From NCBI GenBank assembly GCA_002269645.1, contig NIVC01001987.1, positions 62,001-126,000 of the forward strand: a DNA stretch of 64,000 nucleotides, written 5' to 3'. How positions within the stretch are numbered: position 1 is the first letter of the stretch; each line of letters begins with the position of its first letter. A model generated the notes under the pieces. It saw only the letters and a program-made list of their open reading frames with translations. It was not told where the DNA came from and made no database searches. This stretch comes from Macrostomum lignano (Eukaryota). Of the stretch, positions 23,145 to 35,166 are shown in pieces. A program made the translations under genes and the position numbers.

Positions 23145-26100
23145 GGCTGAGGGGCAGTTGAGAGTGGGGAGAAGAAGGAATAGACTATTCGAAAAGAGAG
23201 GAGAGGTGAGAGAAGGAATAAGATAAAGATAAAAGATAATAGGAGAGATGAGGGAGTGAGAGGAGAGAGTAGAGAGGAGCGAGTAGAGAGGAGAGAGTAG
23301 AGTAGCGAGTGGAGAGAAGAGAGTAGAGGAGCGAGTAGAGAGGAGAGAGCAGAGAGCTGCAGATGAGAGGAGAGCAGAGAGAAGAGCAGAGAGGAGTTAG
23401 TAAAGAGGAGAAGGGAGAGATGAGAGAGTAAATGAAAGAGAGAAGAGATAAGGTTGTACAGATGAGAGAGGTGTAAGGAGAGATGAGAAATGAGAGATGA
23501 GAGATAAAGGAGGAGAGTGGAGAGAGAAGAGACGAGACAAGAGAGGGAGAGTATATAGAAGAGGGAAGAGAAGAGAATAGAAGAAAGGAGAAAGGAAAGT
23601 GAGGAGACAAAAGAGGTGAAAGAAAAGAGTACAGAGGACAGAATGAGAGAACACATAAGACAGTAAATATGACAGATGAAAGGGGGATGAGCTGAGAGCA
23701 GAGACGAAAATGAACAGACGAGAGATGGGAGAGTAGAGAGAACAGTAGAGAGATAAGAGAGAAGAGATTACAGAGACTAGAGGAGAGACAAAGGAAGAGA
23801 GAAGTGAGTGAGGCGAGAGGAGAGAAAAGAGGAAAATGGAGGGGAGAGAGTAGAGAGGAGAAAAAAGATGGGAGAGGAGAGATAAGAGAGAGTGGGAAGC
23901 AGAGAGAGGGGGGAAGCAGAGAGAGGGGGAAGCAGAGAGAGGGGGGAAGCAGAGAGAGGGGGGAAGCAGAGAGAGGAGAGGAGGCAGCTCTGGCAGCTGT
24001 CTACCTGCAGCGCCAACAAGCGGCTGTCGATGACGCCATTCAGGCTGTCTCTGCCGCTGGGCCCGATGCCAGAGGGCGCGTGGCCTGGTCCGCCATCAAC
24101 GCTCTGACGGGACGAAAGCGGCGCAATCCGCTGAACCTGGCTGGTGACACGCCGGACGAGCGTAGGAACGAGCTGCGCGAGTTCTTCGCCGCCATCGTCA
24201 ACGCGCCGCCACCCCGCTGCCAGACAGTCTGACGCTGCCGCCGGAGACGCCGCTGCCGGCAGAGGAGAGTTTCAGCGTAGCCCCAGTCAACGCAGCCGAC
24301 GTTGTCAAGCTCGCCCAGCAGTCACCGGGCGGGAAAGCGCTGGGTCCGGACGAGGTGCCCATCGAGGCGCTGCGCATCCCCTGTGTGGCCGCTGAGGTCG
24401 CCAGAGTGATGAACCGCGTGCTCTTCGGTGAGGCGGCGCCCAACGAATGGACCACGGCGCACATCGTCGCTGTTCCAAAGAAGCCGGGCACCACTAGGCT
24501 TGAAGACCATCGAGGCATCTGCCTTCAGTCCTGTGCAGCGAAGCTGTTCAACCGGATGCTGCTTTCGCGGTTGCAGCCCGTGCTGGATCCGTACCTGCGC
24601 CCAGAGCAGAACGGGTTCCGGCCCCATCGCGGCACAGTGGCGCAGATCCTGGCTCTTCGCCGAGTCATCGAGGAGGCGCGGATTCGTCAGTCGATCCTGA
24701 TTCTAATCTTTATTGATTTCAAGAAGGCATTCGACTCGGTTGTCAGAGCCGTGCTTCCAATGGTGCTCCGCGCGTACAACGTGCCTGAGCAGCTGATCTC
24801 CGCCGTCATGGCGATGTACCGTGATACGACAGCTGCTGTGACAACACCGGACGGCCTATCGGACTCCTTTGAGACATCCTCCGGAGTGCTTCAGGGAGAT
24901 ACGCTGGCGCCGTTTCTGTTCGTCCTGGTGCTTGACTGGGTGCTGCGGACTGCTCTTCCTACCGACGACGACGGTTTTCTGCTGCAGCGACGCGTGGGTC
25001 GACGTCAACCGGAGAAGCGGCTCAGCGTGCTTGGCTACGCCGACGACCTCGCCCTGCTGTCCTCGACCGTCGAGGGCGCCCAACGGCAGCTGGACAGGCT
25101 GGTTGCCGTTGCGGCGAGTGTCGGCCTGGTGGTCAACACGCAGAAGACCGTTGTGCTCTGCGTGCCGGACGACATCGAGGCTGCAATATTTTGCCGAGGC
25201 GCTGACGGGCAGGCGACCGAACTCCCGCGATGTCAGCAGTTCGTCTACCTCGGCGGTCTGGTTCCAGACGCTCGCGAGGACCTGCGACGCCGCCGCGGGC
25301 TTGCCTGGGCTGCCTTTCGTTCTGTGAGGGCAGTCCTGCAGTCCGAGGCCCTACCGGACCGCCAGAGGGCGGCGCTGTTCCAGGCGGTAATCGAGACCGT
25401 CCTGCTGTACAACGCCGAGACCTGGACGCTGACGGACTCACTCGAACAGCAAGTCGATGCGGCGCACGCTGGTCTGCTGCGCGCCGCCTTCAACATCGGC
25501 GTCGAGCGAGTCACCAACGCGGCACTCTATCGCCGCGCTGGCCTGCCACGTCCAAGTGATCTACTGCGCCGTCGGCGACTCCAGCTCGCAGGCCATCTCA
25601 TCCGCGCCGAGTCGTACTGCCCACAGCCGGTGCAGGAGGTGCTGCTGCTCACGCTGCAGGCACCCTACCGGCGAGGTCAAGCGCGAACTCGGCGTTATGT
25701 CGACTGTCTGCTGGCTGACGCCGGCGCCCCGGACACTGCCGGTGGCGCGGCCTTTGTTCGCGCCCAAGCCATGAAGCGCGCCCTGTGACGCTGACTTTTA
25801 CCATCATGACAGCGTATTTTGTTGTTGTTGTTAGAGAGAGGGGGGAAGCAGAGAGAGGGGGGAAGCAGAGAGAGTGGGGAAGCAGAGAGAGGGGGGAAGC
25901 AGAGAGAGAGGTGGGAAGCAGAGAGAGGGGGGAAGCAGAGAGAGGGGGGAAGCAGAGAGAGGGGGGAAGCAGAGAGAGGGGGAAGCAGAGAGAGGGGGGA
26001 AGCAGAGAGAGGGGGAAGCAGAGAGAGTGGGGAAGCAGAGAGAGGGGGGAAGCAGAGAGAGGGGGGAAGCAGAGAGAGGGGGGAAGCAGAGAGAGAGGGG

Positions 26101-26800
26101 GAAGCAGAGAGAGGGGGAAGCAGAGAGAGGGGGAAGCAGAGAGAGAGGGGGAAGCAGAGAGAGGGGGGAAGCAGAGATAGAGGGGGGAAGCAGAGAGAGG
26201 GGGGAAGCAGAGAGAGGGGGAAGCAGAGAGAGGGGGGAAGCAGAGAGAGAGGGGGAAGCAGAGAGAGGGGGGAAGCAGAGAGAGAGGGGGAAGCAGAGAG
26301 AGGGGGGAAGCAGAGAGAGGGGGGAAGCAGAGAGAGAGGGGGAAGCAGAGAGAGGGGGGAAGCAGAGAGAGAGGGGGAAGCAGAGAGAGGGGGGAAGCAG
26401 AGAGAGAGGGGGGAAGCAGAGAGAGAGGGGGGAAGCAGAGAGAGAGGGGGAAGCAGAGAGAGAGGGGGAAAGCAGAGAGAAATGAAAAGAGATAAAAGAG
26501 AAGAGAGAAGAGAAAGGAGAGATCAGAGAGCAAATAAAGACGAGAGAGAAGAGAGGTGAAGGAAAAGACGAGAGAATTGAGTGCGAGGAGAGGAAAGAGA
26601 AAATAAGAGAAAAGAAGAGAAAATAGATGAGATAATAGAGATGAAAAAGAAGAAAAATGAGGTAAGATACAAGAGAAGAGGGGAGAGAGGAGAGAGGAAA
26701 AAGAGAAGAGAGGAGAGGAGAGAGAGCAGAGAGGAGAGATGAGGGACGAGAGAGAAGAGAGGAAACAGAAGAGAAGATAGAAGTTTCAAAGGATCCAAGG
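23145..26800. repeat. GA-rich low-complexity tract and (GGGGGAAGCAGAGAGA)n minisatellite flanking the RTE (23145-23975; 25833-26800)
   Basis: Read directly; about 5 units lie upstream and several dozen downstream of the RT element. Confidence 0.9.
23980..25832 (+). mobile_element. 5'-truncated RTE-clade non-LTR retrotransposon (reverse transcriptase)
   Basis: RT motifs QNGFR, FIDFKKAFDSV, GVLQGDTLAPFLF, YADD, plus RTE-type LLYNAETW and RLQLAGHLIR; stop at 25788, short 3' UTR and (GTT)4 tail at 25821-25832. One-base frameshift in the C-run at 24212-24215. No APE endonuclease in view. Confidence 0.92.
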
Positions 26801-28499
26801 GACGTAGGGAGAGTCAGAGGCAGAGGCCAGAGTTTGCCAATACGAGCGTACATGTTTTAGAGTCAGACATACATTAATTGCCTATTTAAAGTAAAAAGCA
26901 CCCCAGCTAACAATATCAATGTTTGCCTCGAATCCTAATTGTACGCGAATGTACTCCATTTTGTTTACCTCTATCCTACTAACTATTAACAAGTTTTTGT
27001 TTGAGTATGGGCTCAGATTTCAGAATACATGCAAAAATAGTTCCGGGGATTGGAATTCCCCGGGTTCAAATTCAGCGGGTTTCAACAGCTTGTTGCTATT
27101 AATAAACCAAGGATTACTGCACTCAATAAACCAAGGATTATTGCTATTAATAAACCAAGGATTATGCACTTGGCAAACCAAGGATTACTGCACTCGATAA
27201 GCCAAGGATTATTGCTATTAATAAACCAAGGATTACTGCACTCAATAAACCAAGGACTATTGCTATTAATAAACCAAGGATTACTGCACTCAATAAACCA
27301 AGGACTATTGCTCTTGGCAAACCAAGGATTACTGCACTCGATAAGCCAAGGACTATTGCTCTTGGCAAACCAAGGATTACTGCACTCGATAAGCCATGGA
27401 TTATTGCTATTAATAAACCAAGGATTACTGCACTCGATAAGCCAAGGATTATTGCTATTAATAAACCAAGGATTACTGCACTCGATAAACCAAGGATTAT
27501 TGCTATTAATAAACCAAGGATTATGCACTTGGCAAACCAAGGATTACTGCACTCGATAAGCCAAGGATTATTGCTATTAATAAACCAAGGATTACTGCAC
27601 TCAATAAACCAAGGACTATTGCTCTTGGCAAACCAAGGATTACTGCACTTGATTAATCAAGGATTATTGCTATTAATAAACCAAGGATTACTGCACTCGA
27701 TAAGTCAAGGATTATTGCTATTAATAAACCAAGGATTACTGCACTCGATAAGCCAAGGATTATTGCTATTAATAAACCAAGGATTACTGCACTCGATAAG
27801 GCATGGATTATTGCTATTAATAAACCAAGGATTACTGCACTCGATAAGCCAAGGATTATTGCTATTAATAAACCAAGGATTACTGCACTCGATAAGCCAA
27901 GGATTATTGCTATTAATAAACCATGAATTACTGCACTCGATAAGCCAAGGAATATTGCTATTAATAAACCAAGGATTACTGCACTCATAAGCCATGGATT
28001 ATTGCTATTAATAAACCAAGGATTACTTACTGCACTTGGCAAACCAAGAATTACTGCACTCGATAAGCCATGGATTATTGCTATTAATAAACCAAGGATT
28101 ACTGCACTCGATAGCCAAGGATTACTGCGCTTGATAAGCTTGGCTACATGTATAGGATTATTTCTATCCAGGGATGCTTGCTATTTAGGGATTCTTGCTA
28201 TGTGCAGGATGCTTGCTATCTGGAAGGATGCTTCTACATTATTTGGGGTATGCTTGCTATCTGCAAGATGCTTGCTATCTGGGTGGATGCTTGGTAGGAG
28301 TATTAGGGGATGCTTGCTACTGGGGGGATGCTTGCTGTCTTGGGAATATTTTCTATTTAGGGGTAATGACTAAAATTCATGAGAGCTAGCCTAGAGGTAA
28401 ACAGACTAAACTGCTAAATGCAGGGACGATGGTTCGAATTTTTAGAGAGTAGAGTTTTTTTAATTAAAGCTTTTTAACGCCAAGACAAAAAAAAAATTA

Positions 28500-29430
28500 T
28501 GGAAGCGTCATGTAAACAATCATAGAAGCGTCATGTAAAAATCATAGAAGCGTCATGTAAAAATCATAGAAGCGTCATGTAAAAATCATAGAAGCGTCAT
28601 GTAAACAATCATAGAAGCGTCATGTAAACAATCATAGAAGCGTCATGTTAAAATCATAAAAGCGTCATGTAAACAATCATACAAGCGTCATGTAAACAAT
28701 CATAGAAGCGTCATGTAAAAAAATCATAGAAGCGTCATGTTAAAATCATAAAAGCGTCATAAAAAAATCATAGAAGCGTCATGCAAACAATCATAGAAGC
28801 GTCATGTTAAAATCATACAAGCGTCATGTAAACAATCATACAAGCGTCATGTAAACAATCATAGAAGCGTCATGTAAAAAATCATAGAAGCGTCATGTTA
28901 AAATCATAAAAGCGTCATAAAAAATCATAGAAGCGTCATGTAAACAATCATACAAGCGTCATGTAAACAATCATAGAAGCGTCATGTAAAAATCATAGAA
29001 GCGTCATGTAAACAATCATAGAAGCGTCATGTAAAAATCATAGAAGCGTCATGTAAACAATCATAGAAGCGTCATGTAAACAATCATAGAAGCGTCATGT
29101 AAACAATCATAGAAGCGTCATGTAAACAATCATAGAAGCGTCATGTAAAAAATCATAGAAGCGTCATGTAAAAATCATAGAAGCGTCATGTAAAAATCAT
29201 AGAAGCGTCATGAAAAAATCATAGAAGCGTCATGTAAAAATCATAGAAGCGTCATGTAAAAATCATAGAAGCGTCATGTAAAAAATCATAGAAGCGTCAT
29301 GTAAACAATCATACAAGCGTCATGTAAACAATCATAGAAGCGTCATGTAAACAATCATACAAGCGTCATGTAAACAAGCATAGAAGCGTCATGTTAACAT
29401 AGAAGCGTCATGAAAAAATCATAGAAGCCT
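28500..29430. repeat. 22-bp satellite (AATCATAGAAGCGTCATGTAAA)n
   Basis: About 40 units read directly. Confidence 0.95.
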
Positions 29431-30373
29431 CATATAAAAACTAATGAAAGTGTGTCATTTAAAAAATTAAGAAGCATCATGGAAGAATAAAAGAAGCGTA
29501 ACGTAAAAATCAAAAGAAGCGTCATGTCAGACATGAAACAAGTGTCATAAAAATTAAATGAAGCTATAGTGCTGTGCTGGGGAGAATCACTGAGACGTCA
29601 AGGCTCACAGAGAATAACTGAGATTACAGGGGGGTTTCTGAGATGTTAAAGCAAAAGTCAGAAGCTACTTCAAAGTACATGTACTTTACTTAAGTTTTTT
29701 TATTGCATTCTTTGTTGGCTTGCCACGGTGGGGGGGGCGCTGATAGAAGAAGAGTCATGTAAAAATAAAAGGAGCACTATGTATACATAAAATAAAAGTC
29801 ATGTCAAAGTTAAAAGATTCATTTGGGAATTGCTACGATGTCAAAGCTTGGAGGGAATCGTTATAGTGCTGTGATTCTTAAAGAAGGAATCACTTAATGC
29901 CAAGGCTTAGGGAAGAAGAATTGCTGTGATTTCAAGGCTTTAGGTTGGGTGAAAGTTAGGTTTACGTCAGGTTTGGGTTGAGGGTTAGATTTTAGCGCGT
30001 TTCAAGGTTAACAGGGGATTTTTTAGATTTCAAGGTTTATGGGGGCATCGCTGACATGTCAAGGCTTACGAGGGGAATCTATCTATCTATCTATCTATAG
30101 CTGAGATGTCAAGGCTCACGGGGAATAAATGAGATGTCAAGGCTAATGTCAGAAGCTACATGTAGTTTATTGGAAAAAAGTTATTACATTATTTGTTGGC
30201 TCCTCACGGGAGGGATCGCTGATAGAAAAAGCGTAATGTAAAAAAAAGAAGCTTCATGTCGAAGTTAAGAGATTCATTTGGGAATCCCTACGATGTCGAG
30301 GCTTGCAGGGAATCGCTATAATGCTGTAGTAGTGCTATAGACTCTTAGAGAGAATTACTGAAATTTCAATGCT

Positions 30374-30413
30374 TTAGGGTTAGGGTTAGGGTTAGGGTTA
30401 GGGTTAGGGTTAG
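30374..30413 (+). repeat. Interstitial telomeric repeat (TTAGGG)6
   Basis: Six perfect TTAGGG units plus TTAG. Confidence 0.95.
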
Positions 30414-30765
30414 AAAGTAGACAGATTTTTTAAGATTTCAAGGCTTATGGGAGCATCGCTGAGATGTCAAGGGGGGAGTTGATATGTTAAGGCTTGTGGG
30501 GGGGGGATTGCTGACATGTCAAGGCTTACAAGGGTACTGGTAGCGTACTGAAGCATACTGGTAGAAGTAGCTCTGAAAGAAGGCAAGTATGGTTGAATTT
30601 CAATGTCTGTTATAAAATTCTGCACAAACATGTTTTATTGGTACATAAGCCTGGAATTAAAATGAGAATTCGATTCCTAGCCCCCCTCCCTAAGAATTTT
30701 TTTTCATTTTAAAGGATTCGTCCCTTGCTTATTGGCCACCCCGAAGGGGGGCGCTAGATTGCTAG

Positions 30766-31725
30766 TTCTTGTCTAATTTTGTCTTAGCCAGTCTGCTTCC
30801 AAGTGCATACAGACACTTCAAGCAGCCCTTGGCAATGAAGCCTCATCTCTGACAATGGTCCACAAATGGTTTGCTTGCTTTTGCTGCAGCTCCATGTCTC
30901 TGGACAACAATGACCAAGAAGGTCATCTAAATGTGGCCATTACTAACACAACTGTAGCCAGTCTGGAGGCTACTAGACGAGGATAGACACATAATAGTTC
31001 AAGAGCTCAAGAAAAGTGTGGGGATTTTGGATTTAAGCATCATTTCCATCTTGCACAATCACCTTGGCATGAGGAAGGTGTCCGCATGCTGGGTCCCCCA
31101 CCACCTGGACCCAAACTAGATATGGGCTCGGGTTGAGTTCTCAAACTTGCTCAAAAAGTTTGATACAGGAGCTTTAAATTTGGTGGATAACATCATCACT
31201 GGTAATGAAACCTGGGTTTACTTTTATGACCAAGAAACCAAAGAGCAGAGCTAGCAGTGGATTGCAAGAGAAGAGGATGCACCTATCAAGTTTTGTCTCA
31301 AGTGAAGCATTGGGAAAGTCATAGCAGTGGTTTTCTTCAGATGATGCAGCATCCTACCACCCGTGCTGCTCGAGGATTGTGCCACAGTGACTGGTGAATG
31401 GTATTCAACCATTTGTCTGCCGCAAGTGCTCAAAAGTCTTGCTTAGCAGCGTCCAAAGATGAGAGAATGCAGGATTCTACTGAATCACAACAATGCACCT
31501 GCCAAGATGACCCAGCAGTTTTTCCAGTTGACTCAGCTGACACTGCTACCACATGATCAAGAAGAACTTGAAGGGAAAATGATTTGGCTGCCATCAAGAG
31601 CTAGAAAATGTGCTGAGAACTGAGCTGGAAAGTGTCTCACAGCTGGAATTGAGACATTGTTTTAAAGCTTGGTTTCATCACATGAAAAAAATTTGTGGAA
31701 TTGGCTGGAAATTATGTTGAGAAAT
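30766..31725 (+). pseudogene. Mariner transposase pseudogene (main body)
   Basis: WVPHHL at 31090; TGNETW at 31198 (first catalytic D to N); HNNA at ~31486 (second D to N); the YSPDLAP region is deleted; stops and frameshifts are present. Confidence 0.85.
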
Positions 31726-34419
31726 GTCATTAGGTTAATGCTTATGCAGGTAAAATTTTGGGCAAATTGGATGAGCAGAAATGGGATTTTCCACAAACTT
31801 ATTAAGCAGCCCTTGTAGATTCATATGCATACTATTTTCTTAATAGTAATATAGGCCAACTATGCATGCCTACTTTTGGCATACAAGGCAAATGCACACC
31901 CTTAGGGCATATACAATATGATCTGGAGTTTGATACATTTATACCAATACCAATAAGCAATGTTAGGTAACTTAGGCTAGACTAGGCTAACTTATTTAAA
32001 AAATTATAAAAATTTAAGTCAAGATCATGTTAAGTTAAACTGCAACTAGACAAAACTTAGGCCTACTATTAATCTGATAAAACTAAAAATACAATTTACT
32101 CTAATTACAAACAAAGTAGGGCCTGTTTGTAAGGCTTAGCCTAGCCTATTTTGCATTATTAGATAGTATGATTGCAAGAGATTTCATTTTTCTGTGGCTG
32201 AAATGTGCATAAAAATGCGTAAAATAATTAAATGTGGGAAACTTCAGGATTGCCTGAATAGCTATTAAATACAATATTATATATTATATCATAATCAAAC
32301 CAAAAAATCACAATAGCAAAAACCTAGTCTTAAGAGTAAACTAACTAAATCTTAACCTCACAAGAACTATTATTACAGTATTACTAAACAGTACACTAAA
32401 CAGTCTGTCAAGTAACTTTAATTTTTAAAAACTTGTGTATAAAAACTTGTCCATGGTGAATCGTTTTTAACACAATAAATACTTACAGTATACTGTGCCT
32501 CCAAATGAAGTTACAAAGTCTGCTGCTGGTGCCTGGGATACAGGCGCAGCGGCAGCGACGCCGCCAGCAGAGTTTAAATTAGGTGGGAAAAGTGTATTCC
32601 CCCCTATCATCATCGCCATTGCCACGAAAATGGAAGTTTTTTAGTCGACGAAAAGCTTAATTTACGCAGTTTAACAAGCGGATATTTGTTAAAACATTAC
32701 CAATACTACAACCGCCTGAGGATTATTATAATGGCTTAGGCAAGTGATAGCGATGATGAAGCCTGCCTGCCCACTGCCGAGTCGAATCTCAATTTCCCCG
32801 CGAAAATTACTAAAAAACGATAAGTTGAATTACTGCTTTAACATACAAAACAGCGTTCTGCCATAATTATAAAACAAAAAATAAAAAATACAATACTAAA
32901 TTATGATTGTCAAAATGAAAATGATCAGAAGCGCACTATACACCGCCTTTTGTTTACTTATCAACAAGCCGGAAATAAATCAAGTTTTCCTAATATTTTG
33001 GGTTTTCACGCAGGTCGGTAGTACTTTTTGACCACTTTTAAGTTTTAACCAAAGCGTATCAAAAGGTCATGACCCTAAGACAAAGTCTCCCCCAGTGAAG
33101 ATGCTGCCTTAACTTACTCATATTTACTAAGGAAATTTAATTTATTTTTTACTTCTTTCCTCTATCTCACTCTTACGTCTTATCATGACTAGGCCTATTC
33201 CTATACTATAATACACATAAATAGGACCTAGACAGATGAGACAAATCTTAAACACTTCTAAAATGTTGGCATAAGGACAATATTCATTTTTGGAAAGTTT
33301 CATTTCAATAGCTAGAAATGTGCATACAGTGAGTTTAACAAACAATTCTGCAGGACAATCAAATTAATTTTATATTTATTCTTGTCTATTTTTTCATTAG
33401 AGTTAGCAGTTAGGCGTTGGCCTAGCTAGTCCACAACTGTTGTCTCTGTTTAAGCCTTGTTTAATATTTTTGATGATAAAGCCTAAACCTGCCAGGGTAG
33501 GTCTAATGTCTGGCTCACCTTTGAAAATTGGTTAAGTAATAAAAAAGTTAGGTCTACAAAACTTTTTTAGCATATTTTATTTTCAATTTTCAACATTTTT
33601 AAAAAAAATTTTTGTTAGTATTATTAGGCACTGTGATCACTTTTGTCCAAAAACTAGGTTTTCACTTTTTATAAATATTTTAGGGCCTACTTTTATTGAC
33701 CCATTTTCATCTTAATTAAAATTGTTACTAGTAAGGCCTAAATTTGAATATGTATAAATAAACAAATAAACTATAATAGCTAACTTTTTTAAGTAAGACT
33801 AGTAGGCATATGAAGACTAAGAGCCTGACAATGCCTAGGCCTAATGCAATGTAAAAAACTTATCAAAAATGATATTGATAGACACTTAGTGCTTGAATTC
33901 TTAATTTTTTAAATAATTTTTGGGCCTAGGCCCTATCCATTTTTTCTGTCCATTTTTGTTTTTCATTTTTATTTTTTATCATTTTTTATTTATTGATAGA
34001 ATAGGTGTAATTTAAATCTAAGTTTCAATATAAGTAAAACAGGCCTAGCACAATAAAGGCTAAGCTAGACTAGGCCCTAACCTTTTGAAAAAATCAAAAC
34101 AATGAAAATCCTTAAAATTTGAGGTATATATCTAAAAATTAAAAACAAAAGATTAGTCAAAATTATATTAGTTTTGCATTTTAATACCTTTGTATTATTT
34201 TTTATATTTATTAGAATTTACTAATTGTTTTTCTATTTTAAAAATGTAACATAGAAACCTTATTTTTTAATTGTTAGTTTCTAGTTTTTTTATAACAAAG
34301 TAGTTTTTTTTCTTTCTAGTTTATATTTGCTTTTTTCAAATTAATTGCAATAATTAAAAATCAATTATATTATAAAGCTATTTACTTATAGAAAAAACTA
34401 CCTTTCATTTTAGACTAGA

Positions 34420-34645
34420 TAGGGGTTAGAAACCTTTTTCTACTTAAAGGCCAGATAGGTTTTTAGTTTAAGACTATAGGCCACAGGTTGCCCCCCCCCA
34501 TTATTTTGCCTCTAAGTCTTTACCTAATAAAGTTACAATAAAGGTCTGGGCCAGATTGTAATAATGAAGATAGAAGAAATTCGTGGGCCAGAGAAAGTCT
34601 TTACAGGCCAGATCTGGCCTGTGGGCCAGAGGTTGCCAACCCCTG
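34420..34645. mobile_element. hAT-like MITE remnant
   Basis: Ends TAGGGGTTAGAAACC.. and ..GGTTGCCAACCCCTG form imperfect hAT-type TIRs with internal GGGCCAGA motifs; no clear 8-bp TSD. Confidence 0.5.
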
Positions 34646-34747
34646 TTTTAGGCCTAGGTCTATCTTGGCTATTAAGTAATGTTTAATAAGCCTAAGGTTA
34701 AGGTAAGGATAGGCCTAGGGGATATCCTATGCTTATCATACTTGGGT

Positions 34748-35142
34748 CACTTCACAAGCTCAAAATTTCACAAGTCCTCAAAAAGCACTTCCTTTCACAA
34801 AGCCAAAACTTCATAAGCTCAAAATTTCACAACCTTGAAAAATTTTAGCAGCCGACTTCATAAGCTCAAAATTTCACAAGCTTGAAATTTGATATCCTCA
34901 AAAATTTTACCAGGCGACTTCAAAAGCTGCTAAAATGATTTTCAAAGTTGTGAAATTTTAAGCTTGTGAAGCCAGCTTCTAAAATTTTTGAGGATATGAA
35001 ATTGCCTACTTATGAAAGTAGCTTATGAAGTTGCCTGCTAAAATTTTCGAGGATATGAAATTTCGAGCTTATGAAGTTTCAGGTCTGTGAAAGTGGCTGC
35101 TAAAATGGTTTTTGAGTTTGTGAAATTTCGAGCTTGTGAAAG
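34748..35142. mobile_element. Foldback-type palindromic element with sub-repeats
   Basis: The left arm has repeated CTTCA(C/T)AAGCTCAAAATTTCA and the right arm repeated TGAAATTTCGAGCTT(G/A)TGAA, forming a ~400-bp imperfect inverted repeat. Confidence 0.7.
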
Positions 35143-35166
35143 CAATCCTCCCTCATGCTTGGGCAC

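Larger units (their letters stand above)
21816..27092 (+). mobile_element. Non-autonomous Helitron-like element B (5277 bp) inserted in the 48-bp array
   Basis: 5' A|TCTCTACCTATAAAAATC..(CTGT)n..CCCAAACCGCTTAACCAAAT, with the 99-bp head duplicated at 21915. The 3' end has a CCGGGGA..TCCCCGG hairpin and terminates CAGCTTG|T (a CTAG variant). A|T insertion with no TSD. Confidence 0.7.
21497..28130. repeat. 48-bp minisatellite (two ~24-bp subunits) in two pieces, 21497-21815 and 27093-28130
   Basis: Unit AACCAAGGATTACTGCACTCGATAAGCCAAGGATTATTGCTATTAATA. The pieces rejoin into a perfect unit (GGATTA|TTGCTATT) when 21816-27092 is removed. Confidence 0.92.
20831..30765 (+). mobile_element. Non-autonomous Helitron-like element A (9935 bp including nested cargo)
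   Basis: 5' A|TCCATATACTAAAAATGGTCTGTC..(TG)n..GGCTCAACCGATTTTG; 3' hairpin CCCC-GAA-GGGG (30739-30749) followed by CTAG|T. Inserted between A and T with no TSD, and removal restores the mariner reading frame. No Rep/helicase ORF. Confidence 0.78.
20623..31817 (+). mobile_element. Decayed mariner (Tc1/mariner) DNA transposon split by a 9.9-kb insertion
   Basis: Termini TATGAGGGCTACTTATTAAGTTTG.. (20623) and the reverse complement of ..CAAACTTATTAAGCAGCCCTTGTA (31817) match at 35/40 nt and are TA-bounded. The transposase reads MLSLTDQNR*VV (20794-20830) and continues in frame at 30766 as ILV*FCLSQSASKCIQTLQAALGNEASSLTMVHKWF, then LGMRKVSACWVPHHL, IITGNETWVYFYDQETKEQS*QW, LNHNNAPA and GNYVEK. 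Confidence 0.85.

Noticed and set aside
25649-26853. ERGG/SLCFPP ORFs
   Set aside because: Products of the GA-rich minisatellite.
28500-29430. Possible CRISPR-like array
   Set aside because: The repeats are contiguous with no unique spacers, there are no cas genes, and the context is eukaryotic; the same applies to the other arrays.
30374-30413. Chromosome end
   Set aside because: Only six units, with ordinary sequence continuing on both sides; it is interstitial.
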